Assembly (NCBI GenBank): GCA_037441475.1
Contig: JBBISB010000001.1
Span: 607,465 to 639,464 of the forward strand
Length of the DNA stretch: 32,000 bases
Reading direction: 5' to 3'
Origin: Candidatus Iainarchaeum sp.
GTDB lineage: Archaea; Iainarchaeota; Iainarchaeia; Iainarchaeales; CSSED10-239
Numbering within the stretch: position 1 is the first letter of the stretch; every line of letters starts with the position of its first letter. Below the pieces are notes generated by a model. That model did no database searches, was not told the origin of the DNA, and saw only the letters and a program-made list of their open reading frames with translations. The position numbers and the translations under genes are program-made. Below are positions 17,475-26,927 of this stretch, piece by piece.

Positions 17475-18947
17475 TTACTCAATATTAATAATTAGGTTCG
17501 AACCTACATTTAGTGTTTCATTACTTCTAAAAGGATGTTTGTAACTAACATTTATAGCGCATGCTCTTGTGTTGTTTACAAGGCTCCCAACCAAGGAAGG
17601 GTCAATTGCATTTATTGACATAAGTACTTCTGGATTTGTGTTTCTAATAACCCTATTATTTGCAAGAGCATTCTCTGAAATATAGATAAGGTTATTACAA
17701 TCTTTTCTAGTGACATCAAGATCCACTACTTTAATCTCAATAATCTCAATATCAATTGTGCTTTCATTATCAAGTTTTAAAGTAACATACTCTATGTTTG
17801 TAACATTATTATTAACATCGTAAATAAGCTTAATTGTGCTTTTATTTGTGCTCGCTGTAAAGTTTATGCTTGGTTCTTTAATAGTAAACTTAATAGGAAT
17901 TTCTTTTGCATCTTTAAAAATAGAACTTCTAAAAATAAGTTTTCCTTCTATTAAATCATCAGTTGCTGTTTGAGGCACAACAATAGATACTGGTTTTGTA
18001 ACATTTTTTTTAGCATCAAGTAATATATTTCCTTGAGGATAAGTAAACCATTGATTAACATCTTGATTGCTATTACCACTAACCTCTACTTCCATTGTAA
18101 GGTCTGTTATTGGTAAGCTGTTCTTTGAGTTTCCAATAGTTATTGTAAAGTTTTTACTCTCTCCACTTTTAAGTTCTCCAGAAAGTGTGCCTGTAATAGG
18201 GATGTCTGGTTCTTGTATAATCTCAAATGACTTTGAAGTTTCTTTTTTCTTATACTTAACTCTAACACTTATTTTATTACTTTTTTTACTAGTCTCTTCA
18301 ACAGTATATCTAACATGTATAGTCGATTCTGTTCTAGGAGATAGAACTACTTGTTCTTTACTTATAGGATCTGAATAACTATCAGTGTATGCAAAGTTCC
18401 ATTTTTTAACATCCCCTTCAATTACAAGATCATCTATTGTGTATGCTGTATTTTCAGAGGTATTTCTATAATGAATAATCAATGTTGCTGTTTGTCCTGC
18501 AAATACTTTTTCTGGAAAATTAATTGAATTTATGGTTAAAGGTATGTTCTTTTCAAGAGATACATCTTTTTTAGTTGTTTCTTTAATATTTATTTCTTTT
18601 CCATTTTCAGATGCATATCCAGATGATTGAACAGAATAATAATAATTCCCTTTCTTAATCTTTTCAGTTGTTCCATTTTGTAGATTTAAAACAACTTTTG
18701 TAACCATAGGATCTTTTGCAATCTTTATTACTGAAGGTATTGTTTCTCCTTCTGTGTTTTTAACATTAAAAGTTACATCCACTTTACTTAAAAATAAATA
18801 GTTTGCACCATAGTAAATAGCCAAACCAATCAATATGATTACAAGTACAACTGTTACTAAGTTATTACTCTTTGGTTTACTTTCATTTCCTTTATTATAA
18901 TAATTGGAAGAAGAGCCTCCACCAAAAGGATCAAAATTATTTCCCAT
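17475..18947 (-). CDS. N-terminally anchored surface protein with repeated Ig/CARDB-like beta domains
   Basis: TM NLVTVVLVIILIGLAIYYGANYLFL, then segments such as AGQTATLIIHYRNTSENTAY and LKSGESKNFTITIGNSKNSLPI typical of CARDB/NEW3-like domains. Confidence 0.5.
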   Translation of the reverse strand: MGNNFDPFGGGSSSNYYNKGNESKPKSNNLVTVVLVIILIGLAIYYGANYLFLSKVDVTFNVKNTEGETIPSVIKIAKDPMVTKVVLNLQNGTTEKIKKGNYYYSVQSSGYASENGKEINIKETTKKDVSLEKNIPLTINSINFPEKVFAGQTATLIIHYRNTSENTAYTIDDLVIEGDVKKWNFAYTDSYSDPISKEQVVLSPRTESTIHVRYTVEETSKKSNKISVRVKYKKKETSKSFEIIQEPDIPITGTLSGELKSGESKNFTITIGNSKNSLPITDLTMEVEVSGNSNQDVNQWFTYPQGNILLDAKKNVTKPVSIVVPQTATDDLIEGKLIFRSSIFKDAKEIPIKFTIKEPSINFTASTNKSTIKLIYDVNNNVTNIEYVTLKLDNESTIDIEIIEIKVVDLDVTRKDCNNLIYISENALANNRVIRNTNPEVLMSINAIDPSLVGSLVNNTRACAINVSYKHPFRSNETLNVGSNLIINIE

Positions 18948-19784
18948 TTACTTTATCTCTCCTTTCTTTGATAAAGCGTATCTTGTGCTTAAAAGTTCAT
19001 CTTTTAGCTCTTTAATAAGTTCAAGGGCAATTTTTTCTTTCTCAAGATTACTTTTTTCAACTTCAATAACGTCTGAGGTTAGTTTCTTAATTACTCTATG
19101 CATCTCAGTTATTTCAGTTTCAACTTTTATTAAGTGTACATTTAACATAACTGAGTTCTTTTCATTTATCTTAATTCTTTTTATAAGTTCATTTTCAAGG
19201 TTTGTTATAAGTGATTCTTTGGCCTTTTCCTTAGCTTCTAGCCATTTAAAGTCCTGTACTTTTTTTCTAAGTTCCTTTAAGTTTTCTTCCTTATCCTGTA
19301 TTATCCTTAACAGCTCTTCAATTGATTTCTTTTGGTTTGTCATATCCACATACTTATATTTAATCTTTGTCTTTGACTCTTCAATAAAACCAATAAATAA
19401 AGTTAATTCATTTTTAAGAAGTTCTTCAAGATCATAAAAAATCTGTGGCCTTGTGATTGCTTCCTTAAGGTTTACAAGATCATGGTTTATTTCTTTTTTA
19501 TTAGTCTCTAAAAATATCTGTGAGTTTATCTTGTTTGACATCATTAAGAAGTTTTGATAAAACAAATCCATTTTAGAAACATTCAGTTCAGAGGAATACT
19601 GGATAGCTGTATATTTATTAAGCTCTAAGATCTTTCTTGCCAGTGAATCTGTTTGTGTTTTGATCTCAGATAAATTATCTATAAGTTTTTTTTTTTCAAG
19701 CTTATAAAGAGGGGTTGACATAAGCCTATATATCTCTCTTGAAGCAACTAAGATTTCATCCAAGTATTCTATTATGTTTTTCAT
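18948..19784 (-). CDS. Cytoplasmic coiled-coil protein, unknown
   Basis: Long charged heptad-like sequence; its stop codon directly abuts the ATG of the 17475-18947 gene. Confidence 0.45.
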   Translation of the reverse strand: MKNIIEYLDEILVASREIYRLMSTPLYKLEKKKLIDNLSEIKTQTDSLARKILELNKYTAIQYSSELNVSKMDLFYQNFLMMSNKINSQIFLETNKKEINHDLVNLKEAITRPQIFYDLEELLKNELTLFIGFIEESKTKIKYKYVDMTNQKKSIEELLRIIQDKEENLKELRKKVQDFKWLEAKEKAKESLITNLENELIKRIKINEKNSVMLNVHLIKVETEITEMHRVIKKLTSDVIEVEKSNLEKEKIALELIKELKDELLSTRYALSKKGEIK

Positions 19785-19884
19785 ATTTCTTCATCTATAT
19801 ATAAGTATAAATAATTAATAAATATATCTTTTTTTTAAAACCTTTGGTATATACTTTAGATATAGCTTAATTTATTTAAAAATA

Positions 19885-20523
19885 GTGTTATTTATAAGTG
19901 ATTTAGTAAAACAGATTAATTCTTTAAAGAAAACTGAGGTTAAACAAATAATTGATGAAAAGATATTTATTCTTTCAAAAATAAAAGAAAAGCAAAATAA
20001 GGCCCTCTTTAATGAACTTTCCTTTTGTGTCTTAACTGCAAACTATAATGCAAAGAAAGCCATTGAGATTCAAAAGAAAATAAAAAATAGTTTTTTAACA
20101 CTTTCTCTAAAAGAACTTTCCTCTAAGCTAAAGGATCTTGGTTATAGGTACCCTAACCTTAGGGCAGAGTATATTGTTTATAATAGGAAGTATGTAAACG
20201 ATTTAAAAAAAGTTTTAACAACTTTTAAAGAAAGATTACCTTTAAGAGAGTGGTTTGTTGAAAATATAAAAGGTATCTCTTATAAAGAAGCTTCTCATTT
20301 TTTAAGAAACATAGGTTATAACGATTATGCTATAATTGATTTTCACATAGTTGATGTTTTAATAAAAAATGGTTATTTAAAAGAAAAACCAAAATCTTTA
20401 AACAAACAGAAATATTTAGAGATTGAAAACATCTTAGAAGTAATATCCAAAAAAGTTAAGCTTTCTCAAGGTGAGCTTGACTTCTATTTATGGTATCTTG
20501 AAACAGGAACTATTTTAAAATAA
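19885..20523 (+). CDS. N-glycosylase/DNA lyase, 8-oxoguanine DNA glycosylase Ogg2 family
   Basis: VENIKGISYKEASHFLRNIGYNDYAIIDFHIVDVL contains the Ogg2 catalytic Lys (YKEASHFLRN) and Asp (IIDxHI). Confidence 0.9.
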   Translation: MLFISDLVKQINSLKKTEVKQIIDEKIFILSKIKEKQNKALFNELSFCVLTANYNAKKAIEIQKKIKNSFLTLSLKELSSKLKDLGYRYPNLRAEYIVYNRKYVNDLKKVLTTFKERLPLREWFVENIKGISYKEASHFLRNIGYNDYAIIDFHIVDVLIKNGYLKEKPKSLNKQKYLEIENILEVISKKVKLSQGELDFYLWYLETGTILK

Positions 20524-20527
20524 TTTT

Positions 20528-20869
20528 TTAAAAAGATCCAATTTCTTTTTTAACTTCAAATCTTTTTTGGTATTTTTCTAAAACCTTTTCTAAAGCTTTT
20601 TCAAGATCTATGTTAAGATCATTTGCAAGAGTTATTAATACAAAAAAAACATCTCCAATTTCTGATTCTGTATTTTCTGTTATTTTAAAATCTTTCTTCC
20701 CGTAATTAGTTCCTTTAATAACTTCTTTTGAAAGTTCTCCAACTTCTGAAACTAAATTAAGCATCCTTATTTCAAGTGTGCTTTCAAGATTTTTTTCTTT
20801 ACAAAATTTTTTAACTTTTTCTTGTATATCTTCCATCCTCTCACTCCCTATATATCCACACAACATCAA
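20528..20869 (-). CDS. MazG-like nucleotide pyrophosphohydrolase
   Basis: EVGELSKEVIK and ESEIGDVFFVLITLANDLNIDLEKALEKVLEKYQKR. Confidence 0.85.
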   Translation of the reverse strand: MMLCGYIGSERMEDIQEKVKKFCKEKNLESTLEIRMLNLVSEVGELSKEVIKGTNYGKKDFKITENTESEIGDVFFVLITLANDLNIDLEKALEKVLEKYQKRFEVKKEIGSF

Positions 20870-21869
20870 GTTGAGTGCATCTACATTCTTTTCCTATAAT
20901 CTCAGAGATTGAAGGCTTTGTCTTTTCTCCTTCCCCTGAAATAAACTCCTTAACATAAAGTCCAGATTCTGCCTTTAGTTTTAGGTTAAATGTTTTGTCA
21001 TCAATCTTTTCAATCTCTAAAACCTCAGCAATCCTCTCTCTTGTAAGCAATGCCCTTCTTTTCTCAACTCTTTTTGGTGTAACCTGTTTTATCTTAATTT
21101 CTTTTTCTAAAGTAATTTTTTTTAAGTCCTCAGAAGTAATCTCTTCTTCTGTAGAAACAACAGCCTTATAGGCTTTAAAGTTTTTCTTATTTTTAATCTC
21201 TGCAACTTTTTCTTTTATGCAAACTTTTAAAGATGATATTTGTAGTTTTTTTTTTTCATCAACATTTATTTTGTCTTCAATTTCTTTTAAGTCTTTTTCA
21301 GAAATGTTTCTTGTCTTTGGAATTTCCATTTCAAGAACAAACTCACGCCCATTACCGAGCATTAAAACATCAATGTCCTCTCTTCCAGCTCCATGAAACT
21401 TAAAGGTTGAAAAAGAGTATTTTTCTTTAAAGTATTTTTCAATAATATCTTGAATAGAGTAATCTCTTAAAACCCCTTTATGGCTGCAAAAAGAACAACC
21501 TCTTCCCCTACAATTATAACAAAAGTCTATTGTTTGTGGAAGTTCTCTTGAGTGCTTTGTATACACTCCATAAACATAAACTCCACTCACCTTATATTCA
21601 ATTCTCTTGTAATTAAAATCAATGATGATGTCTATGTCTCCAAAAGAAGCTTCTGTTCTTTTCTTTTGCATTGTTCTTTCAATCTCTTTAACTAAATGAT
21701 ATTGAAATTCTTTTTTCAAAAGTAGTTTTTCTTCTTCTGAAACATCGTATGGATAACTAATACCAAGGTTAAAGGTACTAAACTCATATTCCTTTAAGTC
21801 CTTCTTTATAGTCTCTATAAAAAAATCAACTTTAAATCTTTTTTCTGGTATTTCAAAATTAGTTATCAT
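20841..21869 (-). CDS. pus10: tRNA pseudouridine synthase Pus10
   Basis: CYNCRGRGCSFCSHKG zinc motif, FHGAGREDIDVLMLGNGREFVLEM catalytic region. Confidence 0.92.
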   Translation of the reverse strand: MITNFEIPEKRFKVDFFIETIKKDLKEYEFSTFNLGISYPYDVSEEEKLLLKKEFQYHLVKEIERTMQKKRTEASFGDIDIIIDFNYKRIEYKVSGVYVYGVYTKHSRELPQTIDFCYNCRGRGCSFCSHKGVLRDYSIQDIIEKYFKEKYSFSTFKFHGAGREDIDVLMLGNGREFVLEMEIPKTRNISEKDLKEIEDKINVDEKKKLQISSLKVCIKEKVAEIKNKKNFKAYKAVVSTEEEITSEDLKKITLEKEIKIKQVTPKRVEKRRALLTRERIAEVLEIEKIDDKTFNLKLKAESGLYVKEFISGEGEKTKPSISEIIGKECRCTQLDVVWIYRE

Positions 21870-21906
21870 ATTTTATCAATGTATTTTTTCTTTAAAAAGA
21901 AAATAG

Positions 21907-21988
21907 TGCAAGGGACAGGATTCGAACCTGCGAAGCACTAAGCACATGGTCCTAAGCCATGCCCCTTTGACCGCTTGGGTACCCCTGC
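21907..21988 (-). tRNA. tRNA-Leu (anticodon UAG), long variable arm, no intron, CCA not encoded
   Basis: Reverse complement GCAGGGGTACCCAAGCGGTCAAAGGGGCATGGCTTAGGACCATGTGCTTAGTGCTTCGCAGGTTCGAATCCTGTCCCTTGCA: acceptor GCAGGGG/CCCTTGC, anticodon stem CATGG/CCATG around CTTAGGA, T-arm CAGG TTCGAAT CCTG. Confidence 0.95.
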
Positions 21989-22056
21989 CTATATGTATCT
22001 ATTAAACCAATATATATTTATATTATTTCATTACTAAATATTAATAGTGATAAGCA

Positions 22057-23565
22057 ATGGATAAATTAAGAATAGATAGATTTAATGAAATGATTCAAAC
22101 AAGGTCCTTTTACTTTCCATCAGCAGAAATATATTCAAATAATTTTGCTGGTTTTTATGAGTATGGGCCAATAGGTAATAAGATAAGACTTAACATCATT
22201 AATTTCTGGAGATCAGAGTTTGTTAAAAAAAATAACTTTGATGAAATTTCAGGTTCAATTATCCTTCCAGAACCAGTCTTTCAAGCCTCAGGACATTTAA
22301 AAAACTTTGATGACCCTATAGCCTCTTGTTCAAAAACAAAAAGATCCTATAAGCTTGATAAGTATCTTTCAGAAAAGCTTGGAAAAGAGATACCTGAAGG
22401 TCTATCTATCGACGAGTATCAAAAACTAATAACTGATAACAACATTAAGTCTGAAGATAATGGAGACTTAATAAACATCAAAAGATTCAACCTCATGGCC
22501 TACATCAATGTTGGTGTGCAGGATGGTAATAAAGGTTATTTGAGAGGAGAGTCTTGTCAATCCATCTTCTTAGACTTTCAAAGAATTTATAAGACAGGTA
22601 GAAGTTCTCTTCCTTTAACAATTTCTCAACATGGAAAGGTTTACAGAAACGAGATTTCACCAAGACAAGGTCTTATAAGATGTAGAGAGTTTGAACAACT
22701 TGAAACAGAGATGTTCTTTGATCCTGATAAAATAAACGATTATGATTTATCAAAAATTGAAGATTATAAAATAAGATTTTTACTCTTAAGAGATAATACT
22801 GAAAAAGATTACACTGTAAAAGAAATTACTGAACAAAAAATATCTTTAGGAAACCTTTTAACCTTTTATCTTTATTTAAAACAAAAGTTTTTAGATGATA
22901 TTGGTATTTCTCATGAGAACATTAGGTTTAGAGAGGTTCCTGATGATGATAGGGCCTTTTACTCAAAACAAACCTTTGACTTAGAGGTTAACTCTTCCTT
23001 AGGTTGGATAGAGCTTTTTTCCTTTAACTACAGAACAGACCATGATTTAAAAGCACATGGAGAGGGTTCTAAAAAAGATTTATCTGTCAAAGAAGAAGGT
23101 AAGGTTATAAACCCTCATGTCTTAGAGGTTTCTTCAATTGGTCTTGATAGGCTTTTCTATGTTCTTTTAGAAAACTCTTTTGAGGTTAGAAAAGAGGGTG
23201 AGGAGTTAAGAAACATTTTACATCTTAAACCAAAGCTTTCTCCTTACTTTTGTGGTATCTTACCTTTGGTTAAAAAAGACGGTATCTTAGAGGTTGGAGA
23301 AGATGTTTTGAGAGATATCTTGGACAAGACATATGGTGTTTTTGATGTTTTCTTTGATGAGAAAGGATCTATAGGAAAAAGATATGCTCGTTTAGACGAG
23401 ATTGGTTGTAACTTCTGTATAACCATTGATCATCAAACAAAAGAGGATCAAACAGTAACTATAAGGGATAGAGATTCCTTTGATCAAAAGAGGGTTTCAC
23501 TTAACAATCTTTCCCAAACTTTACTTTCTCTTTATACTGGTAAACTTTCCTTTAAGGATATTTAA
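22057..23565 (+). CDS. glyS: Glycyl-tRNA synthetase (alpha2 type)
   Basis: NNFAGFYEYGPIGNKIRLNI, EPVFQASGHLKNFDDP, GKVYRNEISPRQGLIRCREFEQLETEMFF, SSIGLDRLFY. Confidence 0.95.
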   Translation: MDKLRIDRFNEMIQTRSFYFPSAEIYSNNFAGFYEYGPIGNKIRLNIINFWRSEFVKKNNFDEISGSIILPEPVFQASGHLKNFDDPIASCSKTKRSYKLDKYLSEKLGKEIPEGLSIDEYQKLITDNNIKSEDNGDLINIKRFNLMAYINVGVQDGNKGYLRGESCQSIFLDFQRIYKTGRSSLPLTISQHGKVYRNEISPRQGLIRCREFEQLETEMFFDPDKINDYDLSKIEDYKIRFLLLRDNTEKDYTVKEITEQKISLGNLLTFYLYLKQKFLDDIGISHENIRFREVPDDDRAFYSKQTFDLEVNSSLGWIELFSFNYRTDHDLKAHGEGSKKDLSVKEEGKVINPHVLEVSSIGLDRLFYVLLENSFEVRKEGEELRNILHLKPKLSPYFCGILPLVKKDGILEVGEDVLRDILDKTYGVFDVFFDEKGSIGKRYARLDEIGCNFCITIDHQTKEDQTVTIRDRDSFDQKRVSLNNLSQTLLSLYTGKLSFKDI

Positions 23566-23567
23566 GT

Positions 23568-23916
23568 ATGTCTTTTAAAAAATATTTTAAAGGAGGGGTC
23601 TTTACCTTCATAGGTTATCTTCTCTCTCCTTTATCTTTCTGGAATGATATTTTTTTAATATCCCAATAGCCTATTTTTTTTCCTGGCTTTTAGCTTTTAT
23701 AATCTCAGGAATATTTTTAGAGAGCATGATCTTCTTTTACTGGTTAACAAACATAGTTGGTTTGTTGATGATGCATTTTGGTATAAAGGGAATGGTAAAA
23801 GAGTCTTCTAAGCTTACAAAAAAGATCTTCTATTTAATGTTTTAATTTCAATAGGGTATACTTTACTAATAGTTATCTTAGTAATCTTTAATGTTTTAAA
23901 ATTACCTGTTTTTTAA
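23568..23916 (+). pseudogene. Small membrane protein, about 116 aa if repaired, with two frameshifts
   Basis: Three consecutive frames concatenate to MSFKKYFKGGVFTFIGYLLSPLSFWNDIFF/NIPIAYFFSWLLAFIISGIFLESMIFFYWLTNIVGLLMMHFGIKGMVKESSKLTKKIFYL/NVLISIGYTLLIVILVIFNVLKLPVF*. Length is 349 nt, i.e. 351 with two inserted bases. Confidence 0.65.
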
Positions 23917-23931
23917 AATAAAAAGAAAGAT

Positions 23932-24495
23932 TTAAATCTTTCCAACTAAATCAAGACCTGGCTTTAATGTTTTTTCTCCAGGATGCCAGTTCATAGGACA
24001 AACTTCTTCATTATTCTCTCTTGTAAACTTAGCTGCTTCTATTTTTCTTAAAAGCTCATGAACTGATCTTCCAATATCGTTGTTATGAAACTCAAAGGCC
24101 TTAACAATACCGTCAGGGTCTATTAAGAATGTTGCTCTAAGAGAGAGTCCTTCTTCCTCAATCAATGTCTCATAAGCTTTACAAACTCTCATAGCAGGGT
24201 CAGCTAGCATAGGAAACTTAATTGGCTTTATTGCCTCTGATGTATCTTTCCACGCCTTGTGTGAAAAAACAGTGTCTGTACTAACAGATATTACTTCTGT
24301 TCCTAATTTTTTAAATTCTTTATAATGTCTTGCAAGCTCTTGAAGCTCTGTTGGGCATATAAAGGTAAAGTCTGCAGGATAGAAGAAAAGAACAACCCAT
24401 TTTCCTTTATACTCTTCTAAACTTATTTTTTTAATCTCGTTATCAACATAAGCATCTTCCTTAAAGTTTGGTGCTGCTTGATTTATTTTTATCAT
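23932..24495 (-). CDS. 2-Cys peroxiredoxin (AhpC/Prx family)
   Basis: FFYPADFTFICPTEL peroxidatic Cys motif and EEVCPMNWHPG resolving Cys. Confidence 0.95.
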   Translation of the reverse strand: MIKINQAAPNFKEDAYVDNEIKKISLEEYKGKWVVLFFYPADFTFICPTELQELARHYKEFKKLGTEVISVSTDTVFSHKAWKDTSEAIKPIKFPMLADPAMRVCKAYETLIEEEGLSLRATFLIDPDGIVKAFEFHNNDIGRSVHELLRKIEAAKFTRENNEEVCPMNWHPGEKTLKPGLDLVGKI

Positions 24496-24678
24496 TCTTT
24501 CAACTCCTTTTTATTTTAAATATTTATTTCTTACATCTGTTTATGTAAGCTGTTATTAAAGAAATAGTATATATATTTATGAACAAAAATCTTTATATAA
24601 TATATGTTTTTACAATCATTTGTAAACTTATCTTTAATGTAATATCTCTTTAAAAATCTTTTTAGATAATAAATATCT

Positions 24679-25296
24679 ATGAACCAAACAAAAATAATTA
24701 TTTTTTCACTATCAGCTATTTTAGTAATCTTAATAGTTGTTATTCTAGTTTCAATGCAAGGTAGTACAAATGAAACTAAAAAAGAGAGGTATCCTACAAT
24801 GATAGTTATAGAAACATCCTTAGGTAATATAGAGGTTGAGCTTTTTGATAAGAATGCTCCAATCTCAGTTGCAAACTTTAAAAAATATGTTGAGTCTAAT
24901 TTCTATGATGAAACAGTTTTCCACAGAGTCATTAAAAACTTCATGGTACAAGGTGGTGGCTTTACAGAAGACGGAACTGATAAGAAAACAAATGCCCCAA
25001 TTGTCTTAGAGCAAACAAACATAACTGGTTTAAGTAATGTTAAGGGAACTTTAGCTATGGCAAGAACAATGGACCCTGATTCAGCGACATCTCAATTTTT
25101 TATAAACACTCAAGATAATCTTTTCTTAGATTATTCTAATGAAAGAAACCCTGGCTATGCTGTTTTTGGAAAAGTAGTTTCAGGTATGGATATTGTCCTT
25201 AAGATTGAAGGTGTAGAAACAACCACAAAGCACGGTTACTATCAAGACTGGCCTGTAGAAGACATTATTATAAAAAGAATATACATTAAAGAGTAG
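24679..25296 (+). CDS. Peptidyl-prolyl cis-trans isomerase, cyclophilin type, N-terminally membrane-anchored
   Basis: [59 protein letters not shown]; N-terminal TM. Confidence 0.93.
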   Translation: MNQTKIIIFSLSAILVILIVVILVSMQGSTNETKKERYPTMIVIETSLGNIEVELFDKNAPISVANFKKYVESNFYDETVFHRVIKNFMVQGGGFTEDGTDKKTNAPIVLEQTNITGLSNVKGTLAMARTMDPDSATSQFFINTQDNLFLDYSNERNPGYAVFGKVVSGMDIVLKIEGVETTTKHGYYQDWPVEDIIIKRIYIKE

Positions 25297-25304
25297 TTTT
25301 TTAT

Positions 25305-25493
25305 ATGGAGTGCAAGAAAAATATAAATCTAGTTAATTGCTCTTGCACATATCCATGTAAAAGAAAAGGAATCTGCTGTGAGTGTATAAAACACCATAGA
25401 GAAAAAGGAGAGCTTCCTGCTTGTTATTTTCCAAAAGATGCAGAAAAAAAATATGATAGATCTATAGAGCATTTCTTAAGTCTTAAAAAATAA
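25305..25493 (+). CDS. Small Cys-rich protein, DUF6485-like
   Basis: [47 protein letters not shown]; seven cysteines in this segment. Confidence 0.7.
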   Translation: MECKKNINLVNCSCTYPCKRKGICCECIKHHREKGELPACYFPKDAEKKYDRSIEHFLSLKK

Positions 25494-25495
25494 AT

Positions 25496-26095
25496 TTATT
25501 TCTTTTGCCCTAATATCAAAACATGCTTCTTTTCAAAAGGATCAAGTCTTTTCTGGTTTATAAGGTTAAACTTTCTTCTAAACAATGTCAATTGATCCTC
25601 AGTTGTCTTCTTATGATCTTTTTGAGAAATAGCAGATAACTTAAGGCTCAAAAGAACAAATCCTTTTTCCTTTAAAAAAAAATCTGCATTCTTAATCAAT
25701 ATCTCAACTTGGTTTTTCTGTGCAATATCCTGTATTATCCAATCAAATTTTTCTTTTAGTAAATCTTGATATTCTTCAACTTTATTACAATTCCCTAAGA
25801 CAGGTATAAGGTTTTCTCTTTTAAAAGAAGCAAGTAATAGTTTCTGCATACTGTATGCTGAAATATCAACTCCATAAACCTTTCCCTTAGGTAAAATATC
25901 TGATATAAAGGAGATTGTGTAACCTTCAGCAGCTCCAAGATAAAGCACTTTATCAGTTTCCTTAATATCAGGAACTATTCCTTTCTTAATACCAGCAGCA
26001 ACTTTTGATCTAGTAGGGTCCCATTCCCTAAGCTTACCAGTTGTACAATCTTTTGTTTTAATATCTTTACCAGTATATATTATTCCCTTATTCAT
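25496..26095 (-). CDS. flpA: Fibrillarin-like rRNA/tRNA 2'-O-methyltransferase
   Basis: LREWDPTRSKVAAGI, KVLYLGAAEGYTISFISDI, GKVYGVDIS, DWIIQDIAQKNQVEIL; adjacent to Nop5. Confidence 0.92.
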   Translation of the reverse strand: MNKGIIYTGKDIKTKDCTTGKLREWDPTRSKVAAGIKKGIVPDIKETDKVLYLGAAEGYTISFISDILPKGKVYGVDISAYSMQKLLLASFKRENLIPVLGNCNKVEEYQDLLKEKFDWIIQDIAQKNQVEILIKNADFFLKEKGFVLLSLKLSAISQKDHKKTTEDQLTLFRRKFNLINQKRLDPFEKKHVLILGQKK

Positions 26096-26853
26096 TTCAG
26101 TTCACTAATTTTAAGTTTAATTTTTTCCATAATCTCTTTAGAGATGTCTTTGCCTTCAAGATCAGCCTTAACACCAAGTGAGATTTTTGAGGCTATGGTT
26201 CTTGCCATTCTTGCCTTGTTTTTATAAGATAAATTAATTATTAATGGATGGTTATAAAGTATACCATACTTAGGTGTCTTTTTATTAAACTTAATGGCCT
26301 TGAAAAAAGATTTCTCTGAACCAAGAAGTTGAATGGTTGATGCAGGGTATCTTGCAAGTCTTTCAAAGGAACCTGAAAGTTCAATCATCTTACATGCTAT
26401 TGAGGGTGAGGCTATGGTATAAAGGTTTACATAGTGTTTCTTTATTAAAAGATTAATTTCATTATCAATCTTTTCCTTAGTTTCAATAAGTCCTAAAATA
26501 TTCTTTGCAAGGGTTGTAGTTATTTCCTTAACATCTTCTTTAAGGATAATTCCAATATCATAATCTAAAATTTCACAAACTTCTTTTATCTTTTCTTCAC
26601 TTATGTTTAATTTCTTTAAGCTTTCTTTATCTTTGTTTACAAGAAGATAAAACAAACAATATTCCTTTATGTTTAAGGTTTGATCAACTGAAGGGTATTC
26701 TTGATCTGTTATTATCTTTAAAAGTTCAGTTAATTCATTTATCTTAAACTGAAGTTTTTCAACAATTAAAGATAGATTGATTATCTTTTGATCTGCTCTT
26801 TCAAGTTTTTCTTTAACTTTTTGTTTGGTTATCTTAATTATTTCTTGCTTCAT
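26092..26853 (-). CDS. nop5: Nop5 (Nop56/58-like) C/D box sRNP core protein, apparently without the N-terminal domain
   Basis: Nop-domain signature GSFERLARYPASTIQLLGSEKSFFKAIK...PKYGILYNHPLI; only 253 aa. Confidence 0.88.
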   Translation of the reverse strand: MKQEIIKITKQKVKEKLERADQKIINLSLIVEKLQFKINELTELLKIITDQEYPSVDQTLNIKEYCLFYLLVNKDKESLKKLNISEEKIKEVCEILDYDIGIILKEDVKEITTTLAKNILGLIETKEKIDNEINLLIKKHYVNLYTIASPSIACKMIELSGSFERLARYPASTIQLLGSEKSFFKAIKFNKKTPKYGILYNHPLIINLSYKNKARMARTIASKISLGVKADLEGKDISKEIMEKIKLKISELK

Positions 26854-26927
26854 ATCTTTTCAAAAATAAATATATTTATATTGGTATAATACTATATAAT
26901 ATAACAACAAATGTATTTTAAAAGTGA

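Noticed and set aside
17496-17506. GGTTCGAACCT, resembling a tRNA T-arm core
   Set aside because: No acceptor, D or anticodon stems around it; it lies in the 3' end of the 17475-18947 coding sequence.
18904-19437. 177-aa plus-strand ORF opposite the coiled-coil gene
   Set aside because: Ser/Phe-rich antisense translation of a Glu/Lys-rich coiled-coil gene; an expected artefact.
20523-20528. Functional linkage of Ogg2 and MazG as a new oxidative-damage module
   Set aside because: The two genes are convergent, not co-transcribed, and both are common housekeeping families; adjacency alone is weak evidence.
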